Shown one piece after another: positions 9,463-15,904 of a stretch of DNA of 20,672 nucleotides. The stretch is from Myxococcales bacterium (GTDB taxonomy: Bacteria > Myxococcota > Myxococcia > Myxococcales > Anaeromyxobacteraceae). The notes beneath the pieces are model-generated. The model searched no databases. It had not been told where the DNA came from and worked only from the letters and a program-made list of their open reading frames with translations. Position 1 is the stretch's first letter, and the number at the start of each line of letters is the position of its first letter. The position numbers were made by a program, and so were the translations under genes. The DNA is taken from positions 1 through 20,672 of the forward strand of contig JBBQEB010000058.1 of the NCBI GenBank assembly GCA_038320275.1. Reading direction: 5' to 3'.

Positions 9463-10460
9463 AGGGCTCCTCGCGCGGCCGGAGGGGCCACGAGCGTATG
9501 GTTTTCGGGAAGAACGGCCCCCGCAGACAGCCGCACCACCCGGACCAGGGCGTCGCAGACCGCGGGATCGATCTGCGCGCCGCGAAGGCTCGTCACGATG
9601 GCGATCGCCTCGCTTACGTCCATGGCGCGCTGATAAGGACGCGCGGAGGTGCAGGCGTCGAAGGTGTCCGCCGCGTTGACGATGCGGGCCACGAGCGGGA
9701 TGGCCTCGCCCCGCAGCCGATCCGGGTAGCCTGCGCCGTCCCAGCGCTCGTGATGGCTCCGCACCGCCGGCGCTGCGGCTGCGAGGAAAGCCACGTCCCG
9801 CAGGATCTCCGCGCCGATGTCCGGATGGGCGCGCATCTGCGCCAGCTCCTCGGACCCCAGCTTGCCGGCCTTGTTCAGGATGGCCTCCGGCACGCCGATC
9901 TTTCCCACGTCGTGCAGGAGGCCGCCGTAGGAGAGCGCCCTGAGCGCGTCGGCGTCGAGCCCCAGCTCGCGGCCGACCTCCACCGACAGCTCCGCCACCC
10001 GCTGGCTGTGGCCCCGGGTGGAGGGATCCTTGGCGTCGATGGCGGAGGCGAGGCTCCGAAGCGTGGCCAGATAGCCCGCCTCCAGCGCGGCGATGAGCCG
10101 GCGGTTCTCGGCGTCGTACGAGGCGAGCTCGCGCGACATGTAGTTGAAGGCGTAGGCGAGCTCGCCCACCTCGTTTCGGGCGGACACGGAAACTTGCTGG
10201 CCGAAGCGGCCGCTCGCGACGGCGAGCGCCCCCCGGACGCAGGCCTTCACCGGGGAGGTGAGCGTGCGGGCGAACATCGCCGAGAGCGCCAGGGCAGCGG
10301 CGAGGGCCAGCGCCGAGGCGAGCAGGGCAGCCCGGATGGACAGTGCGCCCGCCGCCGCGCCGCCGCCCTGTACCGCTCGATAGAGAAGCCAACCCAGCGC
10401 CAGCGTGGGCACGGCGCTCGCGAGCAGCGTCAGGGCCAGGATGGAGCGGAACAGCCTCAT
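9459..10460 (-). CDS. Membrane-bound HAMP + HD-GYP cyclic-dinucleotide phosphodiesterase (RxxQ variant)
   Basis: Two N-terminal hydrophobic segments, HAMP (LTSPV...ARNEVGELAYAFNYM), TRGHSQRV, LLHDVGK, HHERWDGAGYP and ADTFDACTSARPYQ. Confidence 0.93.
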   Translation of the reverse strand: MRLFRSILALTLLASAVPTLALGWLLYRAVQGGGAAAGALSIRAALLASALALAAALALSAMFARTLTSPVKACVRGALAVASGRFGQQVSVSARNEVGELAYAFNYMSRELASYDAENRRLIAALEAGYLATLRSLASAIDAKDPSTRGHSQRVAELSVEVGRELGLDADALRALSYGGLLHDVGKIGVPEAILNKAGKLGSEELAQMRAHPDIGAEILRDVAFLAAAAPAVRSHHERWDGAGYPDRLRGEAIPLVARIVNAADTFDACTSARPYQRAMDVSEAIAIVTSLRGAQIDPAVCDALVRVVRLSAGAVLPENHTLVAPPAARGAL

Positions 10461-10828
10461 GGATCGGGCAGCTCGAGCCGCGCCGCCCTGGCGAGCGCCT
10501 TCTCGATGGTCTTCCGCTTGAAGGGCTTCTCGAGGATGGCGTCCGGCGCGTCGCTGCCCTCGATCTCGCGCATGGAGGAGTCGCTGATGGCGGTGAGGAG
10601 CACGACCGGCATGGTGAGGCCGCGCGCGCGCATCTCCTTGAGAGCGTCGAGGCCGGAGAGCTTCGGCATGAGGAAGTCGAGGATGACGACGTCCGGCCGC
10701 TCGCGGTCGGCGAGCTCCACCGCGTCCGCGCCATTCTCCGCGGCCACCACGGCGTGCCCGAGGTCCGTGATCATGTCCCCGAGCAGCGCGCGGATGGTCC
10801 GGTCGTCATCGGCGATGAGCACCTTCAT
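10457..10828 (-). CDS. Single-domain response regulator (receiver only)
   Basis: Acidic pocket IADDD, phosphoacceptor LDFLMP, LLTA and EKPF all intact; SD GGAGG; ATGA overlap with the HD-GYP start. Confidence 0.93.
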   Translation of the reverse strand: MKVLIADDDRTIRALLGDMITDLGHAVVAAENGADAVELADRERPDVVILDFLMPKLSGLDALKEMRARGLTMPVVLLTAISDSSMREIEGSDAPDAILEKPFKRKTIEKALARAARLELPDP

Positions 10829-10852
10829 GAACCGCCCTCCCGCGCCCGCTGA

Positions 10853-10861
10853 AGAGTATCA
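10853..10861 (-). promoter_or_regulatory. Putative extended -10 promoter of the receiver/HD-GYP/HAD operon
   Basis: Minus strand TG-A-TACTCT, 24 nt upstream of the receiver ATG, with the SD in between. Confidence 0.45.
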
Positions 10862-10892
10862 CCGCCTCGCGGCTCGGCGCTCCCCTCCGACG

Positions 10893-11552
10893 TCAGGGGC
10901 CGAGCCCAACCCAGCTCGTGCCATCCTCGAAGACCTCGCGCTTCCAGATGGGGACCTCGCGCTTCAGCCGCTCGATGGCCTCCTCGCAGGCTCGGAACGC
11001 AGGCGTGCGGTGGGGCGCGGCGCAAGCGATCACCACCGCCGCCTCGCCGGGAGCGAGCGTTCCGACCCTGTGCACGATGGCGACCGCGGCGCCGTGCGCC
11101 GCCTCGATGCCGGCCGCGATGTGCGCCAGCGTGCGCTCGGCCATGGGCAGGTACGCCTCGTACTCCAGGCGAACCACCGCGCGCCCCTGCGTCGCCGCGC
11201 GCACGTCGCCCTGGAAGGTGACGACCGCGCCGCGCCCCGGTCCGCGCACCGCCGCCACCGCCTCGGCCAGATCGAGTGGGCGCTCCACCACGAGGCAAGA
11301 CGGCGCGCCGCCCGAGACGGGGGGGATGACGGCGATCTCCGCGCCTTCGGGCACCGGGTCGCCGTCGTCCGCCATGTCCTGATCGACCGCGAGGCGGCAG
11401 CGGGGCAGGACGCGCGCCAGCGCAGGGTGGAGCTCCGCGAGCCGGTCCCGCAGCTCGGCGACGGTGCGCGGGGCCGGGTCGAGCTCCACGCGCTCGCGGG
11501 CCAGGCCGGCTGCCTCGCGGGCCGCGGCGAAGTAGAGGATGGAGTGGGCCAC
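10893..11552 (-). CDS. Fused molybdopterin synthase MoaD-MoaE
   Basis: N-terminal MoaD/ThiS-like domain (ILYFAAARE...IAVIPPVSGG) fused in frame to MoaE (GAVVTFQGDVR, LEYEAY, HRVG, APHR, LKREVPIWKRE). Confidence 0.93.
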   Translation of the reverse strand: MAHSILYFAAAREAAGLARERVELDPAPRTVAELRDRLAELHPALARVLPRCRLAVDQDMADDGDPVPEGAEIAVIPPVSGGAPSCLVVERPLDLAEAVAAVRGPGRGAVVTFQGDVRAATQGRAVVRLEYEAYLPMAERTLAHIAAGIEAAHGAAVAIVHRVGTLAPGEAAVVIACAAPHRTPAFRACEEAIERLKREVPIWKREVFEDGTSWVGLGP

Positions 11553-11609
11553 GCCGGAAGGATAACCGGAGCCCCGCGCCGCGCGCCGCGCGAACGGGCC
11601 GCGAGACCG

Positions 11610-12680
11610 TCAGCGCCGGAACAGCCTCGCCAGGTCGCCGAAGAGCGTCACCGCGATGAGGAGCCCGAAGAGCGCCACGAAGCCGGCGAGGTGCACCACC
11701 TGCTCCACCCGGCCATTCACCCTCCGGCGCGTCACGATCTCGTACACGAGGAACACCAGCCGGCCCCCGTCGAGCGCGGGGATGGGCAGGAGGTTGAAGA
11801 GCGCGAGCGCGATGGAGATGAACCAGACGAGGTTGAGAAACGGCGCCGCGCCGGCCCGCGCGCTGTGGGCCATCTCCTGCGCGATGCCCACCGGCCCGCG
11901 CAGCTCGGCGCGCTGCCGCCCGGTGACCATCTGTCCCAGCCCGGCCAGGATCTCTCCGGCGCGCGCGTTGGTCAGCCGCACGCCGGCGGCGACGGCGTCG
12001 AGCGCTCCCGCCTTGACGAGGCGCACCGGCTGCTCCACCCCCAGCCGGCCGCGTCCCCCTGCATCGTCCGGTGTGGCGGTGAGGGTGAAGGGCGGCGCGG
12101 TCCCGCGGGCGACGGTGAGCGCCGCCGGCCGACCGGGGTGCGCCACGATCTCGGCCACCAGGGCCTCCCAGCTCGCCACCGGCCGCCCGTCCACTGCCAG
12201 CACTCGATCGCCGGCGCGCAGGCCGGCGCGCTCGGCAGGCCCTCCCGCCACGACGCCCCCGAAGGCGGCGCTGGTATCGAGCTGGCGCAACCCGACGCTC
12301 GCGACGATGGCGATCGCGAGCAGCACCGCGAAGGCGTAGTTCATCGCGGGGCCGGCGGCGATCACGGCGAACCTTCGCCAGGCCGGCTGGTTGGCGTACG
12401 CCCCCCGGTCGCCCTCCGCCACCTCGTCGGTGGGACCCATGCCGGCGATGCGCACGTACCCTCCGAACGGCACCGCCGACACGGCCCACTCCGTCTCCCG
12501 CCGCTGCCCGCGCAGGATGACCGGGCCGAACCCCACGCTGAAGCGCTCGACACGCATGCGGCACAGGCGCGCGACCGCGAAATGGCCCAGCTCGTGGATG
12601 ACCACCAGCGCGCCGAACGCCGCGATGACGAGCAGGAGGACGACCGCGCCGCTCGCCGACGCGCCGAAGAGGTGACTCAT
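11610..12680 (-). CDS. RseP-like site-2 (M50) zinc metalloprotease with one PDZ domain
   Basis: HELGH zinc motif, FSVGFGP, GGYVRI, AGPAMN, PDZ (PAERAGLRAGDRVLAVDG) and NLLPIPALDGG; SD TAAGGAG. Confidence 0.94.
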   Translation of the reverse strand: MSHLFGASASGAVVLLLVIAAFGALVVIHELGHFAVARLCRMRVERFSVGFGPVILRGQRRETEWAVSAVPFGGYVRIAGMGPTDEVAEGDRGAYANQPAWRRFAVIAAGPAMNYAFAVLLAIAIVASVGLRQLDTSAAFGGVVAGGPAERAGLRAGDRVLAVDGRPVASWEALVAEIVAHPGRPAALTVARGTAPPFTLTATPDDAGGRGRLGVEQPVRLVKAGALDAVAAGVRLTNARAGEILAGLGQMVTGRQRAELRGPVGIAQEMAHSARAGAAPFLNLVWFISIALALFNLLPIPALDGGRLVFLVYEIVTRRRVNGRVEQVVHLAGFVALFGLLIAVTLFGDLARLFRR

Positions 12681-12713
12681 CGCAGGCTCCTTATCACGCG
12701 GCCCGGCGGTGGA

Positions 12714-13328
12714 TCACCGATGGGACTCCCCGGGGGATGGCGGGAGCTCGGCCGCCGCCGGCGACAGCTCCTCGGCTGCGAAGAGCTCTACCGTGGCGGC
12801 GGGATCCTCCCAGGCATCCGGGGGCAGACCGGCCTTGAGGCAGGTGCGCCGGAGGAAGGTGAGGGCGTCCCAGCCCTCCTCCACCGCCACCTGCGGCAGG
12901 AGGGTTCCCCGGTGCAGCCCGCGCTGGACGAGGACGCCATCTCGCCCCACCACGAGGTCCGACGGATCGTTCATGGGGCGTCGCGGATGGAGCACGGTGA
13001 CGTGGACGTCGAGGCCCCGCAGCTCGCGCGCGGCCAGCGGCGAAAAGCGAGGGTCCTCCGAGGCGGCGCTCACCGCCATGCGCGCCACGGTGCCCCCGAG
13101 CGATCCCGACGGCGTGAAGGTGCCGACGCAGCCGCGCAGCGCGCCCCCGCGCCGGAGCGTGACGAAGGCGCCACGCGGCGCCGCGAGAGCTCCCTCCTGC
13201 GGGAGCGCGGGCGGCGGGCCCAGTCCAAGGTGGTGGCGCAGGGCTTCCTCGGCGATGCGGAGCAGCGCGGCGCCGTCGTCGTCGGACAGGCGAGCGAGGC
13301 GCTCCGGGGCGCCCGAAGGCTCGCTCAT
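12714..13328 (-). CDS. AMMECR1-domain protein (AmmeMemoRadiSam system protein A-like)
   Basis: GAFVTL, LRGCVGT, DPRF, GRDGV, GTLLPQVAVE and CLKAGL motifs. Start placed at ATG 13328, overlapping the Nudix stop (ATGA). Confidence 0.9.
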   Translation of the reverse strand: MSEPSGAPERLARLSDDDGAALLRIAEEALRHHLGLGPPPALPQEGALAAPRGAFVTLRRGGALRGCVGTFTPSGSLGGTVARMAVSAASEDPRFSPLAARELRGLDVHVTVLHPRRPMNDPSDLVVGRDGVLVQRGLHRGTLLPQVAVEEGWDALTFLRRTCLKAGLPPDAWEDPAATVELFAAEELSPAAAELPPSPGESHR

Positions 13329-13750
13329 CCGAGGCGCCTCCGCGCGCCCGTGAGGAGGTACCGGCGCGCATCCGCGAGGATCTCGCCATGGTCGAAGGCG
13401 AGCGGCGAGGGCAGCGCCGTCCACGCGAAGGCCTCCGCTCTCGCGGCGTCGTCGCCTCCCCGCGGAGAGCCCGAGGCGCGCGCCAGGAAGACCGTGCTGA
13501 TGGTGTGCTCCCGCGGGTCGCGGCGCGGGTCGGAGTAGGTGTGGAGCTGCTCGAGGAGGGTAACCTCGAGCCCCGTCTCCTCGCGCGCCTCCCGCACCGC
13601 GGCCGACTCCAGCCCCTCGCCCTCGTCCACGAACCCGCCCGGAAGCGCCCAGCCCAGCGGAGCGTTTCTCCGATCGACGAGCACGACCCGATCTCCGTCG
13701 AGGAGGATGACGATGTCCACCGTCGGCTTGGGGTTCCTGTACTCGGGCAT
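13325..13750 (-). CDS. Nudix hydrolase (ADP-ribose pyrophosphatase-like)
   Basis: Nudix box GGFVDEGEGLESAAVREAREETGL with YSDPRRDPREH, GDDA and LAFDH. Start placed at ATG 13750 (MPEYRNPKPTVD), 1 nt after the upstream stop. Confidence 0.92.
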   Translation of the reverse strand: MPEYRNPKPTVDIVILLDGDRVVLVDRRNAPLGWALPGGFVDEGEGLESAAVREAREETGLEVTLLEQLHTYSDPRRDPREHTISTVFLARASGSPRGGDDAARAEAFAWTALPSPLAFDHGEILADARRYLLTGARRRLG

Positions 13751-13751
13751 C

Positions 13752-14954
13752 TCAGCGGATTCCGGGGACGATGAGCGGACTGTCCCCTCCCTCGGCGGGC
13801 GCGCTCTCCGCCGAACCGTGCGCGAAGCCGAGGTCGGGGAAGGCTTTATCGAAGAGCCCGATGACGAACGGGATCTGCGAAGGGGAAGCGTCCGCGAGCA
13901 GCGCCCGCGCGCAGGCGGCGGCCCTGTGGGCGTGAGCCGGGTCGCCCGCGCGGACGAGATGCCCCGCGACCTCGTGGAGCCTGGCCGCGACGAGGCGCCG
14001 CCGGGTCGGGTCGAGCCATCCCGCCGCGGACTGCGCGATTGCGCCGCGAGCCGCCTCGGCCCGCTGCCGCTCGTCGAGGAACAGCGTCGAGGCGGCGATC
14101 TCGTCCAGCTTGGCGGCGAGCCGGCGCAGTTCCTCCTCGTCCGGGAGCCATCCACGCAAGAGCGGCAGGTTGGTCAGCCCGCCCGACTCCGCCAGGGCTC
14201 GGCGTTCCTCCTCGGCCGGCAGCGGGGGGAAGAGCTCGGCCGGATCGGCGGGCGGCGTGCCTGGACCGATGCGGGCGAGCCAGCCGTCGGCGCCGGCGGG
14301 CACCTCCGCGCCCGCCGCGTCGTTCAGCTTGCGGGCCTCGGCGGCGAGGCCCTTCGCCTCCGCGGCCGGGATCTCCCCCACGCCCAGGGCGCGCCCACGC
14401 GCCAGGATGTCCTTCGAGAACTGCCGGTACTCCTTGCGCCCGAGCATGCCGAGCTGAAGCTGCCGAAGTCCGCGGATGTCGGAGAGGATCGCCTGCGCGA
14501 CCTCGATGCCCTTGCCAGGCACGGCGCGCGCGATCCAGAGCGCTCGCTCGCCGGAACCGTCCACCACGGAGGCGAAACAGGGCAAGGGCGGCTCCGCCGG
14601 CGAAGCGGGCGCCGGCGGGGCGGCTCGCCGCGCCTCGGGAACCTCGACGCCGCGCGAGCGCAGGAGGTAGAGGGCGCGCTTCCCGTCCTTGGCCACCTCC
14701 TTGCTGGGGTGGTTCACCGCGGAGGCGAGGAGATCGGCCCGCCCCGCGGCCGCCGCGGCCCGCAAGACCGCGAGCGCGAGCGCGGCCGGGAGCTCCTTCA
14801 GGTCCTCGGCCTTGGCGCGCGCGATCCCGTGCACCATGCGCGCGGCGCGCGCGGCCGCCTCACGCGGCGCTCCTGAGGCGGTCGCGAGCTCCTGCGTCTC
14901 ACGGTTGGGATCGCGCAGCATTGCCAGCAGCGCGTCGGGGTCGAGGGTGCTCAT
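13752..14954 (-). CDS. Hypothetical 400-aa protein, largely helical
   Basis: Long ORF with normal high-GC protein composition, coupled to the Nudix gene. Has a HEAT-like segment (KEVAKDGKRALYLLRSRG) and a DGSGER motif; no family recognised. Confidence 0.85.
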   Translation of the reverse strand: MSTLDPDALLAMLRDPNRETQELATASGAPREAAARAARMVHGIARAKAEDLKELPAALALAVLRAAAAAGRADLLASAVNHPSKEVAKDGKRALYLLRSRGVEVPEARRAAPPAPASPAEPPLPCFASVVDGSGERALWIARAVPGKGIEVAQAILSDIRGLRQLQLGMLGRKEYRQFSKDILARGRALGVGEIPAAEAKGLAAEARKLNDAAGAEVPAGADGWLARIGPGTPPADPAELFPPLPAEEERRALAESGGLTNLPLLRGWLPDEEELRRLAAKLDEIAASTLFLDERQRAEAARGAIAQSAAGWLDPTRRRLVAARLHEVAGHLVRAGDPAHAHRAAACARALLADASPSQIPFVIGLFDKAFPDLGFAHGSAESAPAEGGDSPLIVPGIR

Positions 14955-15018
14955 CGGGCGCTTGTCTAATGCGGATCGTCCCCGGCCTCCAGGGCCGCGC
15001 GCGGGCTGCCCCTCGTCC

Positions 15019-15048
15019 TTGACACCGCCCGCGCCGCCTCCCTACGCT
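15019..15048 (+). promoter_or_regulatory. Sigma70-type promoter of the Cys-rich peptide gene
   Basis: Perfect TTGACA (15019-15024), 18-nt spacer, TACGCT (15043-15048); SD GGAGG at 15068-15072. Confidence 0.65.
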
Positions 15049-15076
15049 CGGTCGTCGTCCCACTCCTGGAGGCTGC

Positions 15077-15283
15077 ATGGCGGATCGTTCCCTGTCGAGC
15101 CTCGCCCTCGCCCTGGCGGGCGCGCTGGCGCTGTCCCTTGCGCCCTCCGCGGGTGCACTGCTCGCCCAGAAGGGCGAAAAGCCGGGCACGACCTGCGCCT
15201 GCGCCAAGGGCGGGAAAGGCTGCACCTGCAAGAAGGGCGAGTGCAGGTGCGCCAACTGCGGGGCGGACAAGCCGGAGAAATGA
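15077..15283 (+). CDS. 68-aa exported Cys-rich peptide, metallothionein-like
   Basis: Has its own promoter and SD. Signal-peptide-like N-terminus (R4, hydrophobic core, AGA/LLA cleavage candidates), then CxC-x6-CxC-x4-CxC-x2-C; GC-ending codons. Confidence 0.8.
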   Translation: MADRSLSSLALALAGALALSLAPSAGALLAQKGEKPGTTCACAKGGKGCTCKKGECRCANCGADKPEK

Positions 15284-15288
15284 CCGCG

Positions 15289-15304
15289 AGCGGCCTCGGC
15301 CGCT
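15289..15304. terminator. Short hairpin between the convergent Cys-rich peptide and rubrerythrin genes
   Basis: AGCGGC-CTCG-GCCGCT 6-bp stem in the 22-nt gap, extendable by TGAC/GTCA. Confidence 0.3.
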
Positions 15305-15305
15305 G

Positions 15306-15806
15306 TCAGTTGATCTTCTGGTACTTCGACGCCGGGGCTCCGCACACCGGGCACTTGTCGGGTAGCACGCCGAACTCGATGTCGCCGCACACCGGGCACA
15401 GGTAGACGTCCATCTGGGTGAGGTCGGCGCCGCTCTCCAGCGCCGAGAGGGCCTGCCCGAACAGCCCGGCGTGCACCTTCTCCACCTGGTTGGCCCAGGC
15501 CAGCATGTGGCGCGCCTTGTGCCCTTCCTTCTCGGCCTCGGCCACCATGGGCGGGTACATGTCCCGATATTCGTAGGTCTCGCCCGCGACCGACGCGCGC
15601 AGGTTCTCCAGGGTCGACCCTACGCCGCCCATGTTCTTGAGGTGCGCGAGCGCGTGGATCGTCTCCGCATCGGCCGCGGTGCGGAACAGCTTCGCGATCT
15701 GCGGAAGCCCGTCCTTCTCCGCCTGCATGGCGAAGGCGAGGTACTTGCGGTTGGCCTGGCTCTCGCCCGAAAAGGCGACTTTGAGGTTCTCGTGCGTGGT
15801 GGGCAT
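15306..15806 (-). CDS. rbr: Rubrerythrin (di-iron four-helix bundle plus rubredoxin-like domain)
   Basis: AFSGESQANRKY, AETIHA, GETYE and VEKVH di-iron ligands; C-terminal CPVCG...CPVCG. Confidence 0.94.
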   Translation of the reverse strand: MPTTHENLKVAFSGESQANRKYLAFAMQAEKDGLPQIAKLFRTAADAETIHALAHLKNMGGVGSTLENLRASVAGETYEYRDMYPPMVAEAEKEGHKARHMLAWANQVEKVHAGLFGQALSALESGADLTQMDVYLCPVCGDIEFGVLPDKCPVCGAPASKYQKIN

Positions 15807-15860
15807 CGGTCTCTCCGAAGGGTTTGGCCAACGTCCTACCCCTTTCGGCGGGCTGCGGCC

Positions 15861-15874
15861 TTGATCGGGATCAA
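15861..15874. promoter_or_regulatory. FNR/CRP-family binding site upstream of rubrerythrin
   Basis: Perfect palindrome TTGAT-CGGG-ATCAA matching the FNR consensus TTGAT-N4-ATCAA, in the uvrA-rbr intergenic region. Confidence 0.75.
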
Positions 15875-15904
15875 CCCGTCAGCCCGGCGGCTGCGGAGAG
15901 CGGT

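Noticed and set aside
9463..10734. Apparent 633-aa fusion ending in the HAD domain
   Set aside because: The upstream part is an alternative frame over the receiver and HD-GYP genes; the HAD has its own SD and ATG at 9462.
9498..13538. 1346-aa + strand ORF
   Set aside because: It is antisense to six well-supported minus-strand genes, Arg/Gly/Pro-rich and without recognisable motifs; long shadow ORFs are expected at this GC content.
15025..15042. MerR/CueR-type operator in the promoter of the Cys-rich peptide gene
   Set aside because: The spacer is 18 nt, not the 19-20 nt typical of MerR promoters, and shows no dyad symmetry.
15807..15860. CCCGCC-GAAA-GGGG...GGACG on the minus strand, reminiscent of the P2 arm of a c-di-GMP-I/GEMM riboswitch
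   Set aside because: It lacks the flanking GCAAA elements, the P3 arm and the tetraloop receptor, is too short, and overlaps the inferred promoter; cmscan would settle it.
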